Counted from the first letter of the whole stretch, positions 47,042 through 57,771 are shown. The stretch is DNA of 61,682 nt, filler included, from 8 parts of 8 records of this genome joined end to end with filler, not necessarily neighbours in it; one strand, 5' to 3'. Notes: a model not told the origin generated them from the letters alone. A program made the numbers and translations.

Positions 47042-48106
47042 ATGGCAAAGAAGGGTTCCTCAACTATCCAGAAGCATTCGAATGAATCAGGAAAAGTGCA
47101 GGCATTGGAAGCTGCCAGAGTTCAAATAGAAAAACAATTCGGTAAGGGCTCTCTCATGAAAATGGGTGAGGAAAAAGTTGATATCAGTATTGATTCAATT
47201 CCATCAGGTTCAATATTGTTGGATGAAGCACTGGGAATAGGAGGATATCCAAAAGGCAGGATAATCGAAATCTATGGACCTGAATCTTCCGGTAAGACAA
47301 CTCTTGCTCTGCATGCAATTGCAGAGTGTCAGAAACAGGGTGGTATTGCAGCATTCATAGATGCTGAACATGCATTGGATCCTGCTTACGCCAGAAATCT
47401 GGGTGTGGATATTAATGAATTATGGATTTCTCAACCTGATACAGGTGAACAGGCGCTCGAAATAACCGAATCCCTGGTTCGATCAGGAGGAGTTGATATT
47501 ATTATCATTGACTCCGTTGCCGCGCTTACGCCTCAGGCAGAGATTGATGGAGAAATGGGAGATTCTCATATGGGACTTCAGGCCAGACTTATGAGCCAAG
47601 CCTTGAGAAAATTAACTGGAATACTGTCTAAATCAAATACATGTCTTGTATTTATCAACCAGATTCGAATGAAGATAGGTGTTATGTTCGGTAATCCGGA
47701 AACAACAACCGGTGGTAAGGCTTTAAAATTTTATTCATCTGTAAGACTCGAAGTAAGAAGAATTGAAACTATCTCTAAAAGCGCTGATGAAGCCATCGGT
47801 AATAGAGTGCGCGTAAAGATTGTAAAGAACAAAGTTGCTCCGCCTTTCAGAAAAGTTGAAATCGATCTGATGTTTGGAAAAGGCATCAGTTACTACGGCA
47901 GCTTGCTTGATGCCGCAGTGAAGTATGACCTTATTACGAAAAGCGGAAGCTGGTATACCTTTGGAGAAAATAAAATTGGTCAGGGAAAGGAGAATGCAAA
48001 GCAATTTCTTGAGACACAGAAAGATATTTCTGAAGGAATAGAAAAGTCTTTGCGAGAAATTATGTTCCCGCAATTTGAAGATCGTTCTGAAGATTCAGAG
48101 GAGTAG
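47042..48106 (+). CDS. recA: Recombinase A
   Basis: [34 protein letters not shown]. Confidence 0.99.
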   Translation: MAKKGSSTIQKHSNESGKVQALEAARVQIEKQFGKGSLMKMGEEKVDISIDSIPSGSILLDEALGIGGYPKGRIIEIYGPESSGKTTLALHAIAECQKQGGIAAFIDAEHALDPAYARNLGVDINELWISQPDTGEQALEITESLVRSGGVDIIIIDSVAALTPQAEIDGEMGDSHMGLQARLMSQALRKLTGILSKSNTCLVFINQIRMKIGVMFGNPETTTGGKALKFYSSVRLEVRRIETISKSADEAIGNRVRVKIVKNKVAPPFRKVEIDLMFGKGISYYGSLLDAAVKYDLITKSGSWYTFGENKIGQGKENAKQFLETQKDISEGIEKSLREIMFPQFEDRSEDSEE

Positions 48107-48119
48107 TGCGATAGCTTCT

Positions 48120-48865
48120 ATGGAACAGGGATTGGACAATCAGCAGGATATAAAAAATAGTTTTAAACTACAGCAGTTCGAGGGACCTCTTGATCTGCTT
48201 TTTGTTTCTTATACAAAAGGCTGAAATAAATATATACGATATCCCTATAGCTGAAATTACAGAGCAGTATCTTGAATATATGAAGTATGCTGTGGATATT
48301 GATTTACAGAATTTAACTGAATTCTATGCCATGGCTGCAACCTTAATATATATAAAGTCCAATATGCTGCTTCCTGTAGAAGTTGAATATGATGAGGAAT
48401 TTGAAGATCCCAGAAAAGAACTTGTAGAAAGATTACTTGAATATCAGAAATATAAAAAATATGCCCAGCTGATATCAGATATTGAACAGGAAAGAGAATT
48501 TCTATTTACTAGGCGGCAAGTTCAGAAAAAACTGCCTTTTGATGATCAGGAACTTTGGGAAGAAATAGATGCATGGGATTTATTGAAAACTTTTTCCAGT
48601 ATTCTATCAAAAATTTCACCTGAAAAAGTCTTTGATATTTATGAAGAAGTGTCAGTAAATGAGAAAATAACCCTTTTGCATGAGTTGTTTGAGGATAATG
48701 CGGAAATATCATTTATAGATCTTGTTGTACGAACTGAATCTCCTATGGATATTATCTGTGCTTTCCTTGCAATACTAGAAGCTGTTAAAATCAGAATGAT
48801 CAGAATATATCAAAATACTATATTTGGTGATATCCGTATTAAAAAAGGGACAATGCGGATTTATT
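48120..48865 (+). CDS. scpA: Segregation and condensation protein A (frameshift near 48200; 3' truncated)
   Basis: FEGPLDLL joins FLIQKAEINIYDIPIAEITEQY...DPRKELVERLLEY...FLAILE. Confidence 0.93.
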
Positions 48866-48965
48866 NNNNNNNNNNNNNNNNNNNNNNNNNNNNNNNNNNN
48901 NNNNNNNNNTTAATTAATTAANNNNNNNNNNNNNNNNNNNNNNNNNNNNNNNNNNNNNNNNNNNN
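48866..48965. other. Artificial contig spacer
   Basis: N/TTAATTAATTAA/N linker. Confidence 0.99.
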
Positions 48966-49247
48966 CGGTTTCATTTTATGCATTATTTTTTCGTACTCGG
49001 CCTCTTTAAAATGCCCCACTTTTTCGGCATCCATGGTAGTACCAAAAATCTCGTTAAGTTTTGTTATAGTGCCCACGGCAGGAATTCCGGCCAGCGAAGC
49101 AAAAAGTTCAGGATTGAAATCTATTCCGTATTCAACCAAAATATTTTTATACGCCCAATAATGTACCGGCATGGTATCGGCCAATGTGCCATCTAAATCG
49201 AAAATTAAAGCACGGGCTTCTGTATTTATCTCAAGTTTTTGTACCAT
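48966..49247 (-). CDS. HAD phosphatase (beta-PGM/YqaB-like), N-terminal part
   Basis: LIFDLDGTLADTMPVH. Confidence 0.9.
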
Positions 49248-49353
49248 TTCTAAAATTTATGGCGGCCAAATTAATCTTTTATTTGCGGCTGCCGGGAAAG
49301 CTTTCTACATTTAGCGAAAATTTTAAATTGAATTGCTCATAAATTAAGATTCG

Positions 49354-49773
49354 ATGACTGACGTATTTCTCTATACTTTCCCTCAATGGTTTGTTTTTGC
49401 TGCCCTTTTTGTTGTAATCTACGGCTGGGTGGAAAACAAAAAAGCTTTCAGACAAATTGGACTTGGCATTTTTATATTGCTCGGAATTTTTTCGTTGTAC
49501 ATTATTTTAGGCGACTATCTGGCTCCCGGCAATTACCTCACCCCCGAAGAAGTTGCCAGTGAAGAGCTGAACGGAGAAATTCTCGATGAAGTACCAATTG
49601 AAAAACGACTTTTCCCTGCCTACTTATCTTTCTTTGTGGCATCGGTGTTAGCTATTCCAACATTAATACTCGACTGGCTCAATAAAAAACATGCAAAACT
49701 TTTTATTGTTATTACCAGCCTGGTTGCTCTCTTAGGATTTTTTATAATTGTTGGAGCAGTGCGTTCAATGTAG
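49354..49773 (+). CDS. Hypothetical 4-TM membrane protein
   Basis: 139 aa with four hydrophobic segments. Confidence 0.75.
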   Translation: MTDVFLYTFPQWFVFAALFVVIYGWVENKKAFRQIGLGIFILLGIFSLYIILGDYLAPGNYLTPEEVASEELNGEILDEVPIEKRLFPAYLSFFVASVLAIPTLILDWLNKKHAKLFIVITSLVALLGFFIIVGAVRSM

Positions 49774-49819
49774 CACAGATTAAATACTTTTGGTTAAATT
49801 TGTCTTTCTTATATTCAAA

Positions 49820-50807
49820 ATGAAAAAGAAATTCAACAAAGAAGCTGTTTACAATAACTTCGAAAAACTAAAAAACAACAAACAGGCTGTTGTATTACAT
49901 GGTTTGTGTATTAATTGCAACTGCGCTGTGGTTTTTAAATGCGCTGGGCAAAGATTATTCAACCACTATTTCGTATCCGGTAAAATATGTAAATGCGCCT
50001 AGCAAACAGTTTTTGGCCAACGAGCCACCTACAAAACTCGAACTAAAAGTCGATGCGCACGGATTTACACTGTTGCGTCATAAACTCAGTCTGTCGTTTT
50101 CTCCCATTATTTTAAACCTCACCAACATTACTAAAAATGTTGATGCCAACAACGGAATGTTCACTATTCCTACTTCAGGATTAATGCACCGAATAAGAAA
50201 CCAGGTAAGCAGCGAGATTTCAATAGTTGAAGTGCACCCGCTTACCATTCCCATTTTATTAGACAGTCTGAAAACCAAAACAGTTCAGGTAAAGGCCGAT
50301 ATTGAACTTGGTTTTAAACCAGAATTTAATCTGAAATATCCTGTAAGTATAAATCCTTCTGAGATTAAAATTACAGGTCCAAGTGCAATTATCGATACCA
50401 TCGACTATTTATTTACCGAAGAAGAAACGTTTGAAGAATTGAGTAATTCTACCGAAAAATACCTTGAAGTAGTTCATCCTAAAAAAACAAAAATAACACC
50501 CGAAAAAGTTCTGGTAAAAATCGATGTGGAAAAATTTACCGAAAAGGAACTAAGAATACCAATTGGCATAGAAAACAAACCTGCCGATGTAAATATTAAA
50601 CTATTCCCGTCGGAAGTAAGAGTTACATGCCTGGTTGGATTAAGCCGTTTCGAGGAAATTACTCCCAACGATTTTTCAGCAAGTGTCGATTATAAAAGTA
50701 TTTCGGAAAGCAACAATCTTGCGGTTAATGTAGAGCAAAAAACTACTTCAATTCAGCTTGTACGCCAGAAACCTGAACATGTTGAATTCTTGATTGAAAC
50801 CAACTAA
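49820..50807 (+). CDS. YbbR/CdaR-like protein (frameshift near 49895)
   Basis: IATALWFLNAL anchor, IKITGP, VEKFTEK, KLFPSEV; usual Bacteroidetes position before coaE. Confidence 0.85.
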
Positions 50808-50821
50808 ACACAAAATCTCAC

Positions 50822-51421
50822 ATGGCAATTAAAGTAGGAATAACAGGTGGAATTGGCAGCGGAAAATCTACTGCATGTGCAATTTTCAAGCTGCTTGGAA
50901 TTCCGGTTTTTATTGCCGACAGTGCTGCCAAAGAACTCATAAATACCAGCTCCGAAATAAAAAACGGACTTATTGACCTGTTCGGAAGTGACATTTATAC
51001 AGAAAATGGCACAATTAACCGAATAAAGCTGGCTGGCATAATTTTTAATGATAAACTTCAGTTGCAGAAAGTAAACGAACTGGTGCATCCGGTTGTTCGC
51101 TCCGAATTTTTGAAATGGGCAGAACAGCAAAATGCTCCTTACGTTATTCACGAAGCAGCCATTTTGTTCGAAACCGGTTTTTATAAAATGATGGATTTTA
51201 CAATACTGGTTTCGGCACCCGAAGATGAGCGAATAAAAAGAGTAATGCATCGCGATGGAGCAACCACCGAACAGGTAAAAGAACGCATAAGCAAACAATG
51301 GCCCGACAAACAAAAAAAAGAACTGGCAACCATTGTAATTAACAACGGAGATAAGCAACTTATAATTCCGGAAATAATAAAAATTGACAAGCAACTAAAA
51401 GAATATGGCAAAATTTGGTAA
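50822..51421 (+). CDS. coaE: Dephospho-CoA kinase
   Basis: GITGGIGSGKST, LVHPVV, EAAILFE. Confidence 0.96.
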   Translation: MAIKVGITGGIGSGKSTACAIFKLLGIPVFIADSAAKELINTSSEIKNGLIDLFGSDIYTENGTINRIKLAGIIFNDKLQLQKVNELVHPVVRSEFLKWAEQQNAPYVIHEAAILFETGFYKMMDFTILVSAPEDERIKRVMHRDGATTEQVKERISKQWPDKQKKELATIVINNGDKQLIIPEIIKIDKQLKEYGKIW

Positions 51422-52141
51422 ATGGATAGGCGCCGGACTAGGTGCATTTGCAGGAGGCCCAATCGGGGCAATTTTCGGATTTGTAGTAGGCTCGATGTTC
51501 GATGGAGGAACTGAAGCCATTAAGCACGGCCCGTCGAGAGGAGGATACTCGCAGAGAACCACAACAGGCGGTTATGTAATGAGTTTGCTGGTACTGGTTG
51601 CTGCTGTAATGAAAGCTGATGGGAAAGTACTGAAATCGGAGCTCGATTATGTGAAAAAATTTATGGTGCACAATTTTGGTGAAGACTCGGCACAGGAAGC
51701 CATAAAAATGTTACGCGATTTGCTGAACCAAACCATTCCTGTTAACGAGGTATGTAACCAGATAAAAACAAACATGAACTACTCGGCTCGTTTGCAGCTG
51801 GTACATTTTTATTTGGCATTGCACAAGCCGACGGACATGTTGACACGGAAGAGCAAAAACTGATTACCCACATTTGCAACCAGATGGGAATTGGAAATAG
51901 CGACTTTGAATCTATCCAGGCCATGTTTGTGCCCAATACCGATTCTGATTACAAAATTCTGGAAATTGAACGCTCGGCTACCGACGACGACGTGAAAAAA
52001 GCCTACCGCCGTATGGCCATGAAATTCCACCCCGATAAAGTAAGTACACTGGGCGAAGAAGTACAAAACGCCGCCAAAGAAAAATTCCAAAAAGTAAATC
52101 AGGCTTACGAAAATATTAAGAAGGAACGGAAGATAGCCTAA
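51405..52141 (+). CDS. djlA: DjlA-like TerB + J-domain co-chaperone (frameshift in T run near 51808)
   Basis: GGPIGAIFG, AVMKADG, then YKILEI...KKAYRRMAMKFHPDKV. Confidence 0.88.
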
Positions 52142-52250
52142 AGTTAGTTGGTAGTTTTAAAGCTGTCATTTCGAAGGCAGTGAGAAATCTGTTACAACGG
52201 AATTACGAGCAACAGTAGCAGTTTCTGCATCTCATAATCTAAGAGGAAGA

Positions 52251-52287
52251 AAAAGACCCGGTCAGAATTTTTCAGGCCGGGTCTTTT
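52251..52287. terminator. Bidirectional terminator
   Basis: AAAAGACCCGGTC-loop-GGCCGGGTCTTTT between convergent djlA and higA. Confidence 0.75.
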
Positions 52288-52375
52288 GTATTTTATGGCA
52301 CACTTGTTATACACCCAAATTTTTAACAAAAAAAAGAATCAATTTAGATGCGGTACTCTGTGGCTCGATTTGATA

Positions 52376-52666
52376 TTAAATTTCAATTTGAATTTTCACT
52401 TTCCCTCCAAGACCTTTTTCAACTATTTCAAAAAGAGTTTTAAGAGTCAGGTTGCTACCATTGTTTTCAACCCTTGAGATATAAGTTCTTTTCTTTTCTA
52501 ATATTTCTGCAAGTTGGCCTTGAGTTAGTTTTTTTTCTTCTCTTGCCTGCCGCAACTGCAAACCAATATTAAATGTTTCAAATTCACGGTCAAGTTCATC
52601 TCGCCTTTCAGTACCACTTTCCCCGTAAACATTATCTTTTATTTCTGACCAACTTTTAGTTTTCAT
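52376..52666 (-). CDS. HTH-XRE antitoxin (HigA-like)
   Basis: LRQAREEKKLTQGQLA...YISRVEN...LTLKTL. Confidence 0.88.
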   Translation of the reverse strand: MKTKSWSEIKDNVYGESGTERRDELDREFETFNIGLQLRQAREEKKLTQGQLAEILEKKRTYISRVENNGSNLTLKTLFEIVEKGLGGKVKIQIEI

Positions 52667-53013
52667 GCTTCATTCCTTTTTTCTTCGTAATACTCCATCA
52701 TCAATTTTGTAGCTTTCTGAATTTCCCTTTTTGGTGTCTTTTCTGTTTTCTTTTGAAAACCATTTAGTAGGATAACTAATTTACCTTCATCAAAAAAGCA
52801 GAATACTCTCCATATATTTGAGCCTAATTTTATTCTTGCCTCATAAAGACCAGCAACACCAGTAATTGATTTAAGATATTGTGTAGGCACCCTTTCGTAA
52901 GTCTCAATAATTTCAATGACTTTGAAAATTTTGTCTTGAACCTTAGTTGTTTGAGCCCTAAGAAAGTCTTCAAAATAATCTTGATATGCAATTACCTCTC
53001 TTACCCTTTTCAC
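52663..53013 (-). CDS. RelE/HigB (Gp49-like) toxin
   Basis: GLYEARIKLGSNIWRVFCFFDEGKLVILLNGFQKKTEKTP; toxin-first order, 4-nt overlap. Confidence 0.9.
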   Translation of the reverse strand: MKRVREVIAYQDYFEDFLRAQTTKVQDKIFKVIEIIETYERVPTQYLKSITGVAGLYEARIKLGSNIWRVFCFFDEGKLVILLNGFQKKTEKTPKREIQKATKLMMEYYEEKRNEA

Positions 53014-53017
53014 ACCT

Positions 53018-53050
53018 CAAAGGTAACTTAAAAGTTACACAACTCAAAAT
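53018..53050 (-). promoter_or_regulatory. Bacteroidetes promoter overlapped by a palindromic operator
   Basis: GTAACTT-AA-AAGTTAC palindrome (53023-53038) overlapping minus-strand TACCTTTG (-7 TAnnTTTG box), with an upstream TTTG. Confidence 0.65.
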
Positions 53051-53064
53051 TAACAGCTGCCCTA

Positions 53065-53133
53065 AACGCCGCCGAAGAAAAATTCCAAAAGGAAAATCAA
53101 GCCTACGAGAATATTAAAAAGGGGCGAAATATG
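53065..53133 (+). repeat. Diverged duplicate of the djlA 3' end
   Basis: 57/69 nt identical to 52067-52135. Confidence 0.85.
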
Positions 53134-53189
53134 TTCAAACAGAGCCCCACTTTTGGGAAAGACTCCCGAAATAACATAGTCGAAAAAAA

Positions 53190-53777
53190 TTACTGTACTT
53201 CCGGCTCCCACCGCATAAACCAAAAGCGAATATTTTCTTTCTCGTCGTTCCAGTAATGGTAGGTTTCAAATCCTTTCCGTTCGTAAGCCAGCTTATTTCT
53301 TTCCATGGCAGTTTCAAGGTAAATGGGGATGTTTCGATTCCTGGCTTCAGCAAAAACAGTTTCGCGTAATTCTAAGGCCGCACCGGCACCATCGGGCAAA
53401 ACTCCTAAAAACCAGAAATACAAATATTCGCCCGAAACAGGCCTGATATTTTTCCGAACCGATTCGCGTTTTAAAACCTTTGGAATATGAGACAATTTCA
53501 TAGATAGTAAAGCAAACCTGAGTTCGTAAAACATTTCGGTGAACGAAAAAACTCGCTCATTAAATTTATAGCACAAAGCCACGCCCTTTTCATTGGATGA
53601 AATAAAAACACCATCGCGCAAAAACGCCTTTATAAAAGCAAAACTTGCCAGTCGTTTTATTTGCTTTTTTCTGTTTCCTTTCGGATTCAGCATCCAGTTT
53701 ACCCCCGGATTATTTTCGAAGGTGGCGATAATAATTTCTACCACTTTATCCTTGTCGCTTCTGCGTGCTTTTCTCAT
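53190..53777 (-). CDS. GNAT-family acetyltransferase
   Basis: YLYFWFLGV, PIYLET...NKLAYERKGF. Confidence 0.82.
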   Translation of the reverse strand: MRKARRSDKDKVVEIIIATFENNPGVNWMLNPKGNRKKQIKRLASFAFIKAFLRDGVFISSNEKGVALCYKFNERVFSFTEMFYELRFALLSMKLSHIPKVLKRESVRKNIRPVSGEYLYFWFLGVLPDGAGAALELRETVFAEARNRNIPIYLETAMERNKLAYERKGFETYHYWNDEKENIRFWFMRWEPEVQ

Positions 53778-53858
53778 ACATACAAATGAAATGAATTTGG
53801 TATAATTTCCTGAAACATTTATTTATTAGTTTTACTAAAAATTGACTAAAGCATAAAA

Positions 53859-54518
53859 ATGAATTATCCCGAAGAAAGAAAATCCCTGGTAACCGCAGGT
53901 CTAAAATTGGTTGAACAAGGACTTGTTTCTCGTACGTGGGGAAACATCAGCATAAAAATAGACGACAGCGAAATGCTGATTACGCCCAGTGGAAAGTTGT
54001 ACGAGGATGTTACACCCGAGGACATGGTTTTAATAAATTTTAAAACCAATACTTACGATAAAAATACAGGAAGACCATCGTCGGAATACAAATTACATTC
54101 GGGTATTTACAACGATCGCCCGGAGCTGAATGCCATAATTCACACCCATCAAAACAATGCATCTACTTGCGCGGCTGCCCACCGCGAAGTACCGCCCATT
54201 CTCGACGATTTAGCACAAATTGTTGGTCCCTCGGTATGCTGTGCCGAATATGCAGTTCCATCGTCAGAAAAGATTGTGGAGGTAACCGTAAAAGCCATGC
54301 AGGGAAGAAATGCAGCCTTAATGGCCAATCACGGCGCAGTTTGTGCCGGCCGCGATTTAGACGAAGCCTTTGTGGTTTGCGAAATACTGGAAAAAGCATG
54401 TAAAGCTTTTATTGAAGCAGAATTCCTGGGCGGAGCAAAACACATCGACAAATTCGAGGCAGAGGCAATGCACAAAATGTATTTGGAAAAGTATTCGAAA
54501 TTGGCGAAGAGGAAATAA
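53859..54518 (+). CDS. Class II aldolase/adducin family (FucA-like)
   Basis: TWGNIS, ITPSG, PSSEYKLH, IIHTH, ANHG. Confidence 0.92.
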   Translation: MNYPEERKSLVTAGLKLVEQGLVSRTWGNISIKIDDSEMLITPSGKLYEDVTPEDMVLINFKTNTYDKNTGRPSSEYKLHSGIYNDRPELNAIIHTHQNNASTCAAAHREVPPILDDLAQIVGPSVCCAEYAVPSSEKIVEVTVKAMQGRNAALMANHGAVCAGRDLDEAFVVCEILEKACKAFIEAEFLGGAKHIDKFEAEAMHKMYLEKYSKLAKRK

Positions 54519-54565
54519 CAGATAAAATTTTCTCACCCTCCGTCTGTTTACAACGGACACCTTAT

Positions 54566-54830
54566 AGTATTCTCCGGGACCAGCTCTTTTTTCAAAAAAA
54601 GGAAAAGCAGAGAAGTTACTTTTACTGAAATAGAAAAAACAAAATACTCTAATCGAAGCTCGTCCTCCTTTCCCAAAGGAGGTGGCTGACGAAGGAAGCC
54701 GGAGGATTTTTTATAAACTCTTCTCGTTTGAGTTTATTTTTATACCACTCTCTAAATCCCTATCCTCTATAACGTACTCCTTCTTGGTATTCTCAGGGAT
54801 CGGCTCTTCTATAAAAAGGAGGACAAGTTC
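54566..54830. repeat. Degenerate REP-like intergenic repeats
   Basis: GTATTCTCCGGGACCAGCTCTT recurs as GTATTCTCAGGGATCGGCTCTT; hairpin CCTCCTTT-CCC-AAAGGAGG between them. Confidence 0.45.
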
Positions 54831-54943
54831 TAAAATTGCTTTTGCATAAATAATAAAACAAATTCTTCTCTCTAATCTTTGATTGTTACTACGGTATTTT
54901 TTCGGTAAAATTGCAGTTTCAAAATAATTCTTCTTACAAAAAA

Positions 54944-55570
54944 ATGGAACTAAGTTTACTCATATCATATATTGGAGCATCTTTTTTACTAGCCGTAATG
55001 CCCGGCCCCGATAATATTTTTGTGCTTACCGAAAGCCTCACAAAAGGACAGAAAAATGGGATTGTTGTTACCCTCGGTTTGGCAACAGGAATATTAATAC
55101 ACACGCTGGCTGCTGCAACCGGGCTGTCAATTATTATACAGAAATCAGCATTGGCATTCAGCATTATAAAATACATTGGAGCAGCCTATTTGCTGTACCT
55201 TGCATTTAAGGCGGCAAAAGAAGGAAAACCTGCATTTGATACAGCGTCGAACTCGAACGGCGATTTTAACTTTTTCAAACTTTACCGAAAAGGATTCCTG
55301 ATGAATGTATTGAATCCAAAAGTTGCACTATTTTTCATTGCATTCTTTCCTCAATTTATTACATCAAACGGATTTCGCCCCATTGTACAAATGGTTGTTC
55401 TTGGAGCAATTTTTATGATATGTACCATTATTATTTTTGGAACTGTTGCATTACTATCGGGAAGACTTAGCAAATATTTGAACAGCCCAAAATTTTGGAA
55501 CATTACAAAATGGAGCAAGGTTACAGTAATGTCGGTATTAGGAATTACATTGGCACTTTCGAAAAAATAG
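54944..55570 (+). CDS. LysE/RhtB-family exporter
   Basis: PGPDN, KYIGAAYLLYLA, LNPKVALFF; start approximate. Confidence 0.92.
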   Translation: MELSLLISYIGASFLLAVMPGPDNIFVLTESLTKGQKNGIVVTLGLATGILIHTLAAATGLSIIIQKSALAFSIIKYIGAAYLLYLAFKAAKEGKPAFDTASNSNGDFNFFKLYRKGFLMNVLNPKVALFFIAFFPQFITSNGFRPIVQMVVLGAIFMICTIIIFGTVALLSGRLSKYLNSPKFWNITKWSKVTVMSVLGITLALSKK

Positions 55571-55580
55571 TTTTTAATAA

Positions 55581-56336
55581 ATGAAAGTTTGTATTGCAGA
55601 AAAACCCAGCGTTGCCAAAGAAATTGCTCAAATTGTTGGAGCAAAAAGCAGGCGAGACGGATATTTTGAGGGGAACGGTTACCAGGTGAGCTGGACTTTC
55701 GGACATCTTTGCACCTTGAAAGAACCACACGATTACACGGAGCGGTGGAAATACTGGAATGCCAACGAACTCCCTATGATTCCGCAACGTTTCGGAATTA
55801 AAGTAATTGACGACAGCGGCGTAAAAAAACAATTTGAAACACTTGAAGGATTAATTGCAAAAGCAGAAGAAATTATAAACTGTGGTGATGCCGGCCAGGA
55901 AGGAGAACTCATCCAGCGCTGGGTGCTTAACAAGGCACAAAACAAAGCGCCGGTAAAACGCTTGTGGATTTCTTCGCTTACCGAGGAAGCCATAAAAGAA
56001 GGTTTTGCCAAACTAATGGATGGCAACGATTTTAATCACCTCTACGAAGCCGGTAGTGCGCGGGCAATTGGCGATTGGCTTTTGGGACTAAACGCCACCC
56101 GAATGTACACCCTAAAATACGGGCAAAACAAACAGGTACTTTCCATCGGACGGGTACAAACACCAACGCTGGCATTGATTGTAAACCGCCAAAAAGAAAT
56201 CGATAATTTTAAGCCCGAACCGTATTACGAGATAAAAACCATTTACCGCGAAACCACATTTTCAGCAAAAAGCGGGCGCTATAAAAACCCGGAAGAAGCA
56301 CAAACTGTTTTAGATGAAATTTCGGGTATCGACCTG
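55581..56336 (+). CDS. topB: DNA topoisomerase III (3' truncated)
   Basis: IAEKPSVA, DAGQEGELI, RLWISS, SIGRVQTPTL. Confidence 0.95.
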
Positions 56337-56436
56337 NNNNNNNNNNNNNNNNNNNNNNNNNNNNNNNNNNNNNNNNNNNNTTAATTAATTAANNNNNNNN
56401 NNNNNNNNNNNNNNNNNNNNNNNNNNNNNNNNNNNN
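56337..56436. other. Artificial contig spacer
   Basis: N/TTAATTAATTAA/N linker. Confidence 0.99.
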
Positions 56437-56438
56437 TT

Positions 56439-56465
56439 GGCGACCCGTTTCGGGTCGCCTTTTTT
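56439..56465 (+). terminator. Rho-independent terminator of an upstream (missing) gene
   Basis: GGCGACCCG-TTT-CGGGTCGCC-TTTTTT. Confidence 0.85.
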
Positions 56466-56588
56466 ATTTGTTGGTTAAAACATATAGTTTGGTGTGATTT
56501 TTCTTTTCGGTAACCACTTAAAAGTAACAAAAAAGAAGATACCAATAAAAAATTAAAACATGTTTTTTATCATGTTTTACTGAATATC

Positions 56589-56617
56589 TTGACAAGCAAT
56601 ATTCTCTGGAATATGCT
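56589..56617 (+). promoter_or_regulatory. Sigma70-type promoter
   Basis: TTGACA-N17-TATGCT immediately upstream of the riboswitch. Confidence 0.75.
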
Positions 56618-56634
56618 TTGACAAAATCTACTCG

Positions 56635-56777
56635 CTTCAGGAACAGGGAAGTTGGTTCAATGCCAACGCGGTCCCGCCGCCGTATTCGAGGACGAAACCG
56701 ATAATAACCACTGAGCTTTTAGCTTGGGAAGGAATCGGGAGTAGGATGATTCGTTAGCCGGAATACCTGATCTGAAG
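56635..56777 (+). promoter_or_regulatory. Cobalamin riboswitch
   Basis: AGGGAA, GTTGG-TTCAATG-CCAAC, GCGG-TC-CCGC-CGCCGTA, CCACTG...GGGAAG, B12 box AGCCGGAATACCTG. Confidence 0.92.
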
Positions 56778-56825
56778 TTCTCTTTTTTTACCTGGCTTCG
56801 CGCGGACGAATAGGAGGTATACGCG

Positions 56826-57752
56826 ATGCATTCCAACAAATTCTTTATTCTATTTTTAATGGCCCTAACAATTCTTTTCGCATTTGCATGTGACTCATCT
56901 TCCGATGATAGTGTTGCTGATGGCGATACTGAAAACGAGTCTACTACTGATGGCGATACAGACACTCCCGCAGATGGAGACAAAGACCCTGCCGATGGTG
57001 ACACAACCGACGCTACTGATACAGCAGACGGTGACACCACAGAAACAGATGGTGATACAACAGAGCCAGTCGATGGTGACGCCGAGGCGACCGAAGCAGT
57101 CGATGGTGATACTGAGGCTACAGAAACGGTTGATGGAGATACGGAAACTACTGAAGTTGAAGCAGATGTAACTCCAGGCAAAGCTGGTTTGGTAGTCGAT
57201 TTGGGCACCAGAGGTGTTCATACCGAATGTATTGATTTGCCGAACGGTCAAATGACAGGACAAGAACTGCTTGAAGCTTCTTCTCTCACGACAGTTTTCA
57301 GTTATGATGGCTTGTTATGCAAAATTGAAACAGTTGGCTGTAACAAAACTGATGGCAAATGTGATAACTGTGCTTGCCCTAGCTATCCTGACAACTGCAA
57401 TTGGTGGAATTATTATAACCTGACTTCCGGTGCTTGGGTATTGTCACTTGTTGGTGCAAAAGACTACGATGTTGTAAGTGGTTCGGTAGACGGTTGGATT
57501 TTCAACGGTGGCGATCCTAAACCAGCAGTTTACACATTCGATCAAATCTGCAACCCGACAACTGATGGTGATGTGGAAGCAACTGAAACCGAAGTCGAAG
57601 TTGAGACTGAACTCGAAGTTCCAGAAGTTGAGCTTGAAATCGAGACTGAACTTGAGCTTCCTGAATTGGAGCTTGAACTCGAAAAGGAATTAGAAATTCC
57701 AGAGATCGAACTCGAACTTGACAAAGAGCTTGATGTAGAGATAGCTCTTTAA
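56826..57752 (+). CDS. Lipoprotein with DGD-Thr repeat stalk, DUF4430-like domain and acidic E-L-E tail
   Basis: Lipobox AFAC; about ten DGD repeats; LCKIETVGC...WWNYY...WVLSLVGAKDYDVVSGSVDGWIF; AGGAGG RBS. Confidence 0.82.
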   Translation: MHSNKFFILFLMALTILFAFACDSSSDDSVADGDTENESTTDGDTDTPADGDKDPADGDTTDATDTADGDTTETDGDTTEPVDGDAEATEAVDGDTEATETVDGDTETTEVEADVTPGKAGLVVDLGTRGVHTECIDLPNGQMTGQELLEASSLTTVFSYDGLLCKIETVGCNKTDGKCDNCACPSYPDNCNWWNYYNLTSGAWVLSLVGAKDYDVVSGSVDGWIFNGGDPKPAVYTFDQICNPTTDGDVEATETEVEVETELEVPEVELEIETELELPELELELEKELEIPEIELELDKELDVEIAL

Positions 57753-57771
57753 GTCTTTAAAATCACTAATT

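Noticed and set aside
56657-57263. Antisense Ser/Pro/Val-rich ORFs (also 59735-60187 and many shadow ORFs elsewhere)
   Set aside because: Mirror frames of repetitive or strongly biased coding genes; no independent evidence.
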